A DNA stretch of 20,000 bases, taken from the NCBI GenBank assembly GCA_964255105.1, contig CAXUWE010000001.1, positions 51,426 to 71,425 on the forward strand. The letters run 5' to 3'. The notes beneath the pieces are model-generated. The model saw nothing but the letters and a program-made list of their open reading frames with translations, was not told the origin of the DNA and made no database searches. Made by a program: the position numbers and the translations under genes. This DNA is from Porpidia crustulata. Its lineage: Eukaryota. Positions 9,192 to 20,000 of this stretch are shown here, piece by piece. Position 1 is the first letter of the stretch; every line of letters starts with the position of its first letter.

Positions 9192-10153
9192 GATCATCTT
9201 TGTTATCGTTGTTCCCTTCTGCACGGCAGGTCCTCTAGCATAGTTTGTCACGTTGGGGTATCAACGCGGCCTGCCAACGGTGGAGCTAAGCCTTCGATCG
9301 GATACGTTACGCCGCCAGCATTGCATGGCGTTCGATCAAGCTCTTTACATGGCCACGGTTGCACAGAGTGCATTAGATTGACAGACTTTTAGCACAGACC
9401 ATATGATCCATACCCAGTTGATACGCCGCTTCACGAGGCGACGGCGATTCTTTGAAGTTGGTTGGGCATGAGCAGTGCAGTTCGTGTTTCTTTGAATTAG
9501 TTGAAAAGTAGCATGAGCTCACAGTTGTGTATCCGGTCCTCGGAGTTGTATGGCTTCGAGCTCATATTACTTTGTGCTACTGTATGTTATCTGCACCACA
9601 AGTCTTTGTCTTTCAATAATACATGTTAGACAAGCATAATACAATCCTTCGAAATTAGTCTTATTCTGAGACATCTCCAATTCACGTACTGCTAACCGAT
9701 GTCGTGGGGTGCATAGGTCTGATATCACATCAAAAGGCACCTTGCAGGTACAATTGATTATTGCATAACGTGCATATCCACAGACACAAACACAATCGCA
9801 CCTATCATGAGATGGGCCTTACAAACTCCAATAAACTACTTTAACCAAGTCTACCTTGTAGGACCTTTTCGAGAGTCCTGAGAGTCACATTGCAAGCATC
9901 AGCGGCTTCACAGAGGGGCAGTGGAGAAGGGGTGATCCAATCTTGCAATAGGTTCTAAAAGCTCTGATTCCTACATAACACTACTAGCGTTGTGCTATCG
10001 AGCAATAGCCAAGCTGTTGTAAGCTTCGGAATATATGGCAGCGCCATCCCATGCTGTGCCTCTCTGAGTATTACTCGCGAGGTTTCGGGTTCTTCTACTA
10101 TATTCCCAGATGGCTCACCTTCCATGGTGCTACACTAAGACAACCATCTGTTG

Positions 10154-11245
10154 ATGAGGACACAGGCCATTGTACAATGGGAAACAGGTACGTGATCGCG
10201 CATTTAGTTCAGAAGCGCAACGTGATGTTGAGCTAATACAGGGCCGTGAAGAAAGCTGCCTCTAGATTCATCCACGACGTTACCTTCTTACGCTCAACTG
10301 CTCGCCAGCGTTGGAGAATTTCCACCTAAATCCACGGCTACAAAGTGCCAGTTCAGGCCAGAGAACACTTGTGTCCGACAGGCTACCTGAATCATTGACG
10401 ATGGTCTACAAGACAATTACCAGGCGATACCGCCAAGTCAAGGCACTTTTTCAAACTTCGAGAATACTAGTGCAGGACATACTCATCCGAAGAACGAGCC
10501 GCTTTTGCCGCGTGCGGCTAAACAAATCAGCAGTGGCTCCCAGAACTTCTCTTTGAACCAAGCAGACTTAGCAAGGGCGGGTGGCGTATCAACCAACCGT
10601 CCTGGGCTTCCCAGAATATCTCTACAATCTAGCAGATGCGTAACTGGTGCACTTTTCTCTTCCACAACAAGCAAGAGATTTACTCATCCGAGGCTCAACG
10701 TCGAGCGGGATAAAGCGGAGAGACAAAAGATACATAAAAAGGTAGAGCACGATCGACGTGACCTGATCAAGCACTGGACCAAGTTTCTTGAGGAGCTGCT
10801 TCCTAGCGACCTAAAGTCAGACCCAGAAGCAAAAGCAAAAAATGGAAAGCCGAATCTACCAAAGAAGGTTATCTACCAACTTGCATGCAAGTACATTTTC
10901 ATTGAGCAAGGAAGGCACAAGGAATACAAGGCCACACTCCGTGCTCAGCCCTTGGATGAAAACGTCAAGTCCTCGGTGGTAAACGAAGAGACGAGGCACA
11001 AGCCAAAAGACGACAGCCTCCAATATGGCCAGAGTGAATTTTCGAACTTTGCGACGACAGGCAATGGGATATCCCCACTTACTCTACATGACTTGGGTGG
11101 CCGCGATCCTCCTTATTGTATTGCAGACAAGGAAGAGGATCTGTCATTCTCTACCATGACAGATAAGACATTTTTTCTAGGTACCCGACCAAGTACAGCG
11201 TGGCCCGAGTCCACGCGACCTTCAATGTATCAAGGCATTCCTTAG
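10154..11245 (+). pseudogene. Divergent bHLH transcription factor locus; reading frame interrupted upstream of the domain (probable pseudogene or unresolved gene model)
   Basis: The frame is open from 10391 to 11245 and encodes ERQKIHKKVEHDRRDLIKHWTKFLEELLP-loop-KKVIYQLACKYI, which is a basic H-x3-E-x3-R region, helix 1 ending LLP, and helix 2. There is no in-frame ATG between the TGA at 10388 and the domain. Upstream there is an in-frame ATG at 10154, an intron at 10188-10241 (GTACGT...GCTAAT...CAG), and in-frame TGAs at 10247 and 10388. Confidence 0.55.
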
Positions 11246-12495
11246 ATGCGTTGTTATGGCGCTACATGGAAACTTCCTGATCTCTGTGTCACCTTTGTCG
11301 ATACTGCTACTTCGTACCAGAAGAGGTTCGGAGGGTTTTTTATGTTGATTAGAATACTCGCAATCTATTTTGATATATAAATTCGGCTGAGTACCTTTAC
11401 GTGCGGAGTAGAGGGTAGCGATCTGACGAATAGCAAAATGGCTTCTTGAATGTGACAATTGGGAATTGAATGTAAAGACACTGAGCATACATGTAAATAA
11501 AGAGAAAGCTATGATACCGTTCGCGACATATTATCCTAATCATTGGTCTTGATCTGTCAGTAGCGGCTCCCCGGAGGTACAGGTTCTAGACGATGGGCGC
11601 ACGATATGCTGCAAGGGACACCGTCTCTAGCTTGATATCCTAGATTTCGTTCAAAACAGCTTGGATGTAATACATCTTGACGACTGATGTATTCAAAACG
11701 TCGGAAACTTACCCGAGGATAATTACGCCAGGTGGCCAAATAGTCACAACTAGTCTATATTCGATGTCTTTACCCAAGCAATTCTCTGAATCATAATTAT
11801 GCAGTACTCGTTACTATCGGGATGACAGGCGCTCAAAATCCGCTTAGAGACCGACCAAGAGGGAGCAAACGCCAATGGTGTCATGTAGGTACTGTTGAGC
11901 GACTGTGTCATATATACTCAGATGCTCTGTAGATTGATTTGGTAGAAATCGAAAGTCAGCAGAATGACCATCATGATAGCGACGTCAACGACGTAAGTTC
12001 CCTAGTCACCGCTGACAACGAAAGATAGTATTTAAGAAGTACCTTGACCAAAAGGCTATCAAGAATTTGCGATTTCTATTGGGGCCGGACATGGAGGTTG
12101 GAGGCTAAGGCGCTTGAAGCGAGCGACGCTTACAAGAATGTGGCACTGTGCCCGGGTAGAGGGTCGATCTTTAGTCTTGGCGTATGCGCAGGGGTGAGAA
12201 GGAAGGTCGTAGCCAGAGATAAATCGTCACATTGTTTAATAATAATAATTAACACTGTTGATCATCAAACCTTGATGTCCACCGTCCTACTCTACTGTCA
12301 AGCTTGTCTCCATCAAATCATTCCTATAACAATTTACCCATAATCCGCACGGTTCCGCCCCTAGTTAGGGTTAACTTCCTACTCGATCAGACAGCTTTTC
12401 CGTCGAATTTCCAAACTTGCTCTATTGTCTGGCCGTCGCCCCTCCGGACGGCTGGTCAATTGGTTGCCGTCCGCAGTGACCTCTTGCCACACGCC

Positions 12496-13956
12496 ATGCT
12501 GCTTCCCAAAGGCGGCGTCAATTGGAAGTCCACCAAGGCACGACTACCACCATCCAGAGCCATAGTACATTTCCTCACACGATCCCGATTTCCACTATTC
12601 CTTACCCTCGCTGGTGTCGTCCTGATACTTTGGCGAGGCATCAGCACGTCCGCGTCAGAGATGCAGAGGTAATTAATCAGTGGCTAAGCATTGAAAGCGG
12701 TCCCGCTGATTGTGGAATTATTGAATCCAGATTCTATTGCTGGGGCCCTGCAAAGCCACCCATGGAAATGACGACTAACGAGCAAGCGCAATGGCATGCC
12801 CATTTACAAACCCCGGTTCTATTCAACCACCACGCTCCTATAGAAGTTGATTCAACCACCATAGAGCGTATCGATCTCAACACAATAGACTCTACGCCAA
12901 GGGCTGTGGTCAACGAAGAGAGGGTTTTGATACTCACACCGTTGCGAGATGCTGCCCCCTATCTCAGCAAATACTTTGACCTACTTTCGGAGCTAACCTA
13001 TCCTCACGACTTGATCGATTTGGCTTTCCTCGTTGGAGACTCATCTGACGATACGTTGGCTGTGTTGTCAGCTGAACTTGATAGAGTGCAGAAGCGCTCG
13101 GACAAGATACCTTTTCACAATGCGCTGATCGTGGAGAAAGATTTTGGTCAGGTGGTTGGACAAGACGTACACGAACGACACAGCTTCGAGGCTCAGGGAC
13201 CTCGGCGAAAAGCAATTGGAAGGGCCAGGAACTACTTATTGTATACAGCTCTGAAGCCCTCTCACTCCTGGGTCTACTGGCGGGATGTGGACATTCAAGA
13301 CAGTCCGAGTAAAATTCTCGAGGACTTTATGGATCACAATAAGGATATCCTAGTTCCAAGTATGTGCTATGATAGAGCTCCATTCTTTAAGATTAAACTA
13401 ATAATTGGGTTAGATATTTGGTTTCACCGCTACGAGAATGAACGGGATATTGAGGGTAAATGTGGGTTCAGACCACAGCCCGTGCTATCGAAAACCGTGC
13501 TAATGACACATTGCAGTCGATTACAACTCGTGGCAGGAGTCTGAGAAAGGTCTCAAGCTTGCTGCGTCCTTGGACAAAGACGTTATTTTAGCCGAAGGCT
13601 ACAAAGAGTACAACACAGGCCGAGAATACTTAGCTAAGATGGGCGACTGGAGAGAAAATAAAGATGTGGAGGTAGACCTTGACGGTATTGGCGGAGTGAA
13701 TATACTGGTAAAAGCAGATGTACACAGATCCGGTCAGTACATCAGACGGGGATGATTTTCATGCCATTAATACTAATCGGATCATGTAGGGATCAATTTC
13801 CCTTCTTACTCGTTCGAGAACCAAGCCGAAACAGAAGGATTTGCTAAGATGGCTAAAAGGGCTGGATATCAAGTCGTAGGATTGCCGAATTATGTCGTCT
13901 GGCACATTGACACACAAGAGAAGAAAGGTAACCTAGGAAGTCGACCAGCATATTAA
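12496..13956 (+). CDS. ANP1: Golgi mannan polymerase subunit, GT62 Anp1/Van1/Mnn9 family (Anp1-like)
   Basis: Exons are 12496-12668, 12731-13359, 13414-13461, 13517-13732 and 13790-13956, all with GT-AG introns. Type II TM helix FPLFLTLAGVVLILW. Motifs: ERVLILTPLRDA, LTYPHDLIDLAFLVGDS, HSWVYWRDVD (DxD), DIEGKFDYNSWQE, LDGIGGVNILVKADVHRSG, ETEGFAKMAKRAGY...GLPNYVVWH. Confidence 0.92.
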
Positions 13957-14791
13957 AGTCAAGTACACATGGCCGTCGGGCCTACGAATAGCCCGAATAT
14001 AGGAAGTTCCAACGACAGCAATCATCACCCTATGCTGCTGGGCACATCAGCCTTGGCTTGAGATCAGAAAATTTGCACGCGCTGGGATGCCAACGATGAC
14101 GAAATGTAATAGGCTGATTTGGTTTAATTGCCACAATCAAACGCCTTGATGGCGACGAATTCTATCATAAGAACTCCGTATCGGCGTCGCAGAACGTGTT
14201 TCTTCCTACTTGTTTAGGTGTACAGAATAGCAGTTTGCTGTGAATCATCATGGTCACTAGGGAGGCGTCACTTCGAGCTTGTTCAACTCAGCTCATCATC
14301 TAGCCGTGAGCAAAACCGAGGTGCGTTCACACGGAATTTCAGTGCCCATAAACGTCGTTTTCGATCATCCTGGATCTAATCATGCTGTTCCTTGGACACG
14401 GGTTTGACTTTCGGTCACTGCAACCCAGGTAAGTTAAAGTCGTTCATCGTGTTTGGCCGCGCGGAGCAATGTGGGAACGAGTAAAGAGTAGATCTGCGTG
14501 CTCACGGACTGCTTATCCATGCTTATAATTCAAGTGTTTACTGCCTACTTTCTTGTCAGCAAAAGCTCCAGTCTCATCTACTGTTTTGGAGAGAGAGCGA
14601 TGGCAAGATTTTTAACTTAAACAAACACCACTACATCAATAAGCCTAAGGGTGATCCCATAGACGTTCGCTGTGTAAGGGCTGAATAAGAATGACCCATA
14701 CAGCGGCTTAAGTCAATAAAGCTACTAATGAGTTCAGATAGCCCATGTAGTAGAGCCCAATTCCCAGACTTTCGACAAGTGCCACCCATCC

Positions 14792-16601
14792 CTATGCATA
14801 GCCTGCGTTCTCGAACTTTTCCGTGTCAAAGAAGCGCGCCATAATGGTATTACCATTAAATATCCGGCCTTCAAGCGCATTGACAGCCTACATGAGATTA
14901 GCTTTGAGGCAAGGATAGTACGTGAGCATCTACGCACTCTCAACGCGGACAGCTGGCTTGTGAACTTGACGAATACTGGGATTTCCGACGTTTTACTCCG
15001 ATCAATGAATACTCTCTCCACCCTCCCGTACTTTTCCCCACACTCCTCTCCAATCTCCTGCATGATTCCCCCGTCCCCGACACCCTCCATTTCCGCATCT
15101 AGATCCATTCCGTCAACCATTCCATACAAGACCACTACTTCAGTCATTGGACCAAACTTTCCCGTGGTCTCAATACCGCCCTCCCTCTTCCCTGAAATGA
15201 TCTTACCCCTGCCTCCTGGCCCAGCGAATCCACCACCTTCGGAATCAGGCTTTTTCTTCTGTTTTTCGATTTGTACACGCAGCGGATTAATGATACCTGC
15301 ACCGGTGGCACCGAGGCCAGAGCCTTTTGTCCAACCGTATTTGGACATTAGTCGTTGTGCAAAGCCTTGTTGGCCGGGGCGAAGGGAGCGGAGGCCGCGC
15401 CTAGAACCGTGATCCCCTTCACCGATCTCTTCGAGTTGTAGGGCTTCCTCTAGGTCAACTTCCGAAGTGGGAATCTCGGACGGTGCTGAAGGAAGGTTGT
15501 AACGGATCGGTGCCCTTGAGATTGTGGGCGAAAGTGTACCACCGGGGGCAAGAGGGGGGAGTGATGGCGAGCCTTTAGCAGAGTCATCTAACGGCAAAGC
15601 AGATGGAGCTACGATAGGCAAAGGAAGCAAAGGCGGTGGCGATGAAGCGTTTTTCACCGTTTGTGAAATTCGTATGCGCCTAGCGGACGCCTCGTCGCCA
15701 CTTGACTCATTAGGATGCGAAACTGGCCGGAGAGCTACGGGGTCGCTATCGTCAAATTCGGCTGGTGGAGCAAAAGAAAAGCTGGGACGCGCGAATCGAG
15801 CTATTTGAGGTCATTCAAATCCTGTCCCTACGATACAGAAAAAAACTCACCTTGAGAAGCACTGTAGCAACTATCATCGCTATCATTGGCGTCACTATTT
15901 CGCGGTTTGACAAAACGGTGGGCATAGAGCTTCTCCTTCCACTCCCTCATCTCTAGCATCTTCTCATCACTGTTCTTATACTCCTCATAGCCATTAGGCC
16001 TCGAAGGGTCATATATGTCGTCCCAATTCTGCACTACAACTATGGGTTCTTCATTATTCTTCTTCCGCTTCTTGCGGCCACCTCGTTGTCGTTTCTCGCC
16101 GCCGAAAAAGCCATTGACGTCCTCGTCATCACCCTCTGCCGTCCAATCTGCCAATGTGACTTTCGTGATTGGCTTTTGGGTCACGCCCGTCAGGTTCGCC
16201 GATGTGGTCTTTGGGCTGATAGCATGGGACCTAGGCGCAATAACGCTCTGTACTGAAGGCTTTGGTTTCGGCTTTTGTGCAGATAGCTGCGGCCGTCTAG
16301 TTGGCTGGAACTTTAAGGAAGCTGTTGAATGCAAAGAGAATGCATGAGAATTGTAAGCCAACCTTAATCATATAAAACACGACGTCCTAGAAGGGAAAGA
16401 TTAATATCTACCGGCACTTATTTGCTGCTTTTGGGCAGATCCTTCGTCAGGTTGTGAGCTTTCTCCGGTAGATTTACTAAAAACTACGGGTGCTCGTGAT
16501 ATCGTTCCGTGCGCCGGGTCATATAAGGATGAAGGGTCGAGTAGGTTGGCGTAAAGGGATAGGCCAGCTTTTGGTGCCTTGGAAAAGCCTTCAGGTACCA
16601 T
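14792..16601 (-). CDS. SPF45: Splicing factor 45 / RBM17 / DRT111-like protein (SF45 motif, G-patch, C-terminal UHM/RRM)
   Basis: Exons are 16601-16412, 16321-15851, 15800-14938 and 14887-14792. Introns are 16411-16322, 15850-15801 and 14937-14888, all GT-AG. Motifs: LSLYANLL, WDDIYDPSRPNGYEEY, G-patch FAQRLMSKYGWTKGSGLG, and UHM EIGEECGEKYGRVERV...VFVKF...ALRAVNALEGRIFNGNTIMARFF. Confidence 0.92.
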
Positions 16602-17128
16602 TGTGATTGTCAAGGCTCACACAAGGCCGTAGATGCAAAGGGAGAAAATTGCTGACTATCATGAGGCACCCATCGATCAGTTCATGCAGAAGAATAATTC
16701 AGCGGTACAGACATCGAAGTTGAATTAAACACATGCATGCCAAGGAGCGTGACAGCCTTGAAAGGAGCTCTCGCTTGGCAATCGAACGGCATCTCAAAGA
16801 TTTGATATTTTACCGTAATTTAGTAACGATCACAGTAATCGTGTATCAAATACAGATAATGATCGTAGCATTTCTTTCCTTGAGAAATCGCTCCCCGCTC
16901 GGGAGGCAATACTCGTATTCACTGCCAGTTCGGCCACTGATCATGAAAACCTAATCCTGGGCACGGTGGCCGAACTGCGGGTTGCAATGGATCCGAGTAT
17001 TGTTTCTTATTGGACGAGTGACGCCACTACAATTTTATAGTCGCGTGCTGAGCTTGCAATGCCGGGTGGAGATGGAGAAGTTCATTAGGTCACTCACCTA
17101 GACGGGCATCTTCAAATGCTTCACAAAC

Positions 17129-18824
17129 ATGACAACTCTGGCAACGTCTATTCGGGCCGAAGGTCATGGAAAAGCGCCTGCAATTATAATTCCTGGCAAA
17201 CTTCAACCCTTCACTATCTCCTATGAGCAATTGAAGGTCCAGATTTCTTCATTTCAGCAGAAATTAATATCTCTGGGAATCACTTCCAAGGCCGCTGTCT
17301 CAATTGCCCTTCCAAACTCCTATGAATTCGTCATTGCGTTCTTGGCAGCTTCATGGCAGCGGGCGATCGCGGCTCCACTCAATCCAAGCTACAAGCAGAG
17401 CGAGTTCGAGTTTTACATAGAGGATTTAAACTCAGCTTTGGCATTGGTACCCAGAGGATCTTTCAAACTAGACAATCCTGCTGTTCGTGCAGCTCGTAGA
17501 TACAAAGCCGCGATTGCTGAGTGTTATTGGGATGGCCAAGATGTTGTGTTAGACGTCAAAGACTATGGAAAGCTCAAAGGGATTGATACACAGTCTATTC
17601 AAATTGCTCGACCAGGAGACATTGCGCTGATTCTACATACGAGCGGTACCACTGGGAGACCGAAGGCTGTACGTTCTCGATCACTGGGACGGCAAGAGAC
17701 TAAACAAGCCACAGGTTCCTTTGACTCACCAAAATCTTACAACGACCATGAGTTCGTATTGCTGAGATCCTTTTCACCGGTGTCGCGGACTGACTTAAGC
17801 AGAAAATATTCAGGCCACTTATCAGTTGACCTCAGGAGACCGTACGCTCTTAGTTATGCCACTTTTTCACGTCCACGGGCTACTTGCTGGATTGTTAGCA
17901 CCACTTTACTCTGGGGGCTCAATTATCATACCATTGCGCTTTTCTGCCTCGGACTTCTGGGACAATTTTATCGATCTCAAGGCTAATTGGTACACTGCTG
18001 TTCCAACAATCCACCAAATTCTGCTCCGGAGCCCACCTCCGAAGACAAAACCCAAAATTCGGTTCATACGATCATGCTCTTCTCCATTGTCGCCAAAGAC
18101 GTTTCGTGAGCTGGAAAGCGCGTTCGATGCTCCGGTGCTGGAAGCATACGCGATGACTGAGGCAGCGCATCAAATGACCAGCAGTCCACTACCACCTGGT
18201 AAACGATATCCTGGTAGCGTTGGCATTGGCCAAGGGGTGGAGGTGAAGATTCTTGATAATGCAGGGAATGAAGTCCCCCAGGGCTCGGAAGCTGAAATCT
18301 GTATTCGTGGCGAAAATGTCACTCAGGGCTATCTCAACAACCAGGAGGCCAATAATACGTCTTTCACCCGATCTCGTTTCTTCAGGACAGGCGATCAAGG
18401 CAAAAAGGATCATAACGGATACGTTATCATCACTGGAAGAATCAAGGAACTCATCAATAAAGGGGGCGAAAAAATCAGCCCTGTCGAACTTGATAATGTT
18501 GTGGCTCAAAATCTGGCTGTCGCAGAAGCTGTCTCTTTTGCTATGGACGATGAAATGTACGGTCAGGACATCGGCCTTGCTGTTGTGTTGAAAGACGAAG
18601 AGAACATATCTGAAGAAGAATTGCGAAAGTGGATTACTACCAAGGTTGCCAGATTCAAGGTGCCGAAGCAGGCATGTCTGCGTATCCACAATCAACCAAG
18701 ACATTCACTAACAGCCTAGATTTTCTTTACTGATACCATGCCAAAGACTGCCACAGGAAAGGTACAACGTCGACAGGTCGCAGCGGCCATGCTGAAGCAG
18801 AGAAAGAAAAACGCTAAATTGTGA
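17129..18824 (+). CDS. PCS60: Peroxisomal AMP-binding acyl-CoA synthetase, Pcs60/Fat2 (oxalate-CoA ligase)-like
   Basis: Exons are 17129-17668, 17715-17751, 17803-18671 and 18720-18824. AMP-binding motifs: LHTSGTTGRPKAVPLTH, PLFHVHGL, EAYAMTEAAHQM, FRTGDQG, GRIKELINKGGEKISP, PKTATGKVQRR. The C-terminal PTS1 is -AKL*. RFIRSCSS and APLNPxYK are typical of the Pcs60/AAE3 clade. Confidence 0.92.
18672..18719 (+). other. Non-canonical GC-AG intron (48 nt) in the PCS60-like gene
   Basis: CAG|GCATGT donor, CACTAAC branch point, CCTAG acceptor. Removing it joins KVPKQ to IFFTDTMPKTATGK in frame. Confidence 0.85.
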
Positions 18825-19124
18825 CAACGTGGCATATCAGTCGGACCAATGGCATGTCATTACAAGTAATTATTATTGACACACTTTTCAATCAAATTGT
18901 TAGCCTGGCACCAGTCTTTATCTTCTAGCTCCAGAAGTGCTTTTAGCAAAAGGGTTACACAGCAGCCTTAGAAAGTTGTTCTAGCATTAGTAGGTTGTGA
19001 TAGCAATGTTAGGCCATCAAGGTCCTCCACAGCCCTGCAGAGCCATGAGTGCATCTCAATAATGTCATCTTGACGGCAACGAAGGGGCCTGTGTTCATAC
19101 AGTCCAGAAAATGGCACCTCGTAT

Positions 19125-19730
19125 TTACAGAGGCTGCCTTATGGCTGTCTTGAACTAGTGGGCGGTCAGCTCATACCTTCTGCAGCAAACAATTGATTAT
19201 GCCACCAATCGGAAGACAACACATACTGGAAAGATTTGGACCTTGTCCAAGTCCCACACGCCCCGGGTTGAGTACACATCTTCTTTGATAAAATCAAGCA
19301 CTTCCTCACTTGATCCAGCCACGGCAATCAGCACGCTACCTTTCATCATTAGGGTTTTCCCCTCTCGAGGATGCTCATCTAATATCGCGCCTAATGAAGC
19401 GTAGCCCACGTCAATTAAATTTTAGTGGCCACGAATAGACTCCACCTACCTCCAAAATTGCACAGACCTATTTCAACTTTCGGCGCCATGGCGTCGAGGT
19501 GCTCTCTGGCTTCATTAGAACCCGTCAGGGATGCACAGCAAATCGCAAGACTCACGGCCGAGCCTTCAACCTTTCTCCAAAGCGTGCGAGTGGTCTGGGA
19601 GGATAACGAGCCATTCAAGCTTCACTGTTGTGTTATTTAGAGGCATGTTATGGTGTAGTCTAGGAAGCGACAATCGTTCTACGGTTCTCTTTCTGCAGGT
19701 CTGCGAGCAACATCGAAGATGCCGAAGCAT
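19125..19730 (-). CDS. YCII-related domain protein, with an apparent 1-nt deletion in exon 1 (assembly error or recent pseudogene)
   Basis: Candidate ATGs at 19730 and 19646. Exons are start-19556, 19505-19450, 19390-19227 and 19154-19125, with GT-AG introns. Restoring one A at about 19572-19574 gives EWLVILPDHSHALEKRLKARPEHLDAM...FGGAILDEHP...MKGSVLIAVAGSSEEVLDFIKEDVYSTRGVWDLDKVQIFPFKTAIRQPL*, matching the YCII pattern R-x3-R-x2-H-L, G-S, D-x-Y. Confidence 0.8.
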
Positions 19731-20000
19731 AGCGGTAATCAAATTTAAAATGACAATTATCTTATCTCTCGTTGTATTCAATAGTGTGATCCCAATTTCA
19801 CGATTTAACAATGTAAAGCGAAAAAAAGAACAAATTTGTTGAAATTTACTTTGCATTTCTTTTTACAACTCAGATATTAATCTAATTAATAGTGCTGCGA
19901 CCACCCCCAGGGGCACATGTTTACCTGGATGAGGAAGCGTTGATGAATGTTAGGGGCCTCCTAACTACCTAGCTATGGGGGTAAATCAACGAAGAAATAA

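Noticed and set aside
9424..9446. GC-rich hairpin (CGCCG...CGGCG) in the ECM33 3' region
   Set aside because: The stem is short and imperfect, of the kind expected by chance, and matches no RNA family I recognise.
14400..14426. Hairpin GGGTT-TGAC-loop-GTCA-..-AACCC between the convergent ANP1 and SPF45 3' ends
   Set aside because: An isolated small stem with no SRP, snRNA, snoRNA or RNase P/MRP signature nearby that I could find.
14960..16347. Plus-strand ORFs (150, 94 and 110 aa) antisense to SPF45
   Set aside because: They are antisense shadows of a well-supported gene and have no motifs of their own.
18189..18704. 171-aa minus-strand ORF and 112-aa alternative-frame ORF inside the CoA ligase
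   Set aside because: They are shadows of the conserved PCS60-like coding sequence.
19155..19226. Possible 3-nt microexon (CAG|AAG|GTATGA) within YCII intron 3
   Set aside because: The downstream intron would be only about 23 nt, too short, and direct splicing already gives a sensible VQIFPFKTA.
1..20000. A novel multi-gene system, biosynthetic cluster, CRISPR array or mobile element
   Set aside because: The genes are functionally unrelated eukaryotic housekeeping genes. I found no backbone enzyme, transposase, reverse transcriptase, terminal repeats or spaced repeat array.

Overview
This is gene-dense, intron-containing DNA from a filamentous ascomycete (Pezizomycotina, inferred from short GT-AG introns with CTRAY branch points and from the protein sequences). 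By splicing the sequence by hand I reconstruct eleven loci. In order: (-) ABC1/UbiB-family atypical kinase, 5' part, running off the left edge; (+) small uncharacterised membrane protein; (-) mitochondrial NAD+ carrier (NDT1-like); (+) QCR7; (-) 3-methyladenine DNA glycosylase (MAG1-like); (+) GPI-anchored ECM33; (+) a divergent bHLH reading frame with no usable ATG, probably a pseudogene; (+) ANP1-family mannosyltransferase; (-) SPF45/DRT111 G-patch/UHM splicing factor; (+) PCS60-like peroxisomal acyl/oxalyl-CoA synthetase; (-) a YCII-domain gene with a 1-nt frameshift. I see no transposon, tRNA, rRNA, snRNA, CRISPR array or secondary-metabolite cluster, and I cannot support a new multi-gene system. 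This looks like a housekeeping region. The best leads are local: the interrupted bHLH locus, the YCII frameshift and its upstream mitochondrial-type extension, a GC-AG intron that gates the catalytic lysine and PTS1 of the CoA ligase, stop-free in-frame introns, an orphan intron-like signal, and interstitial TTAGGG tracts. Gene names come from recalled motifs, not from database searches.
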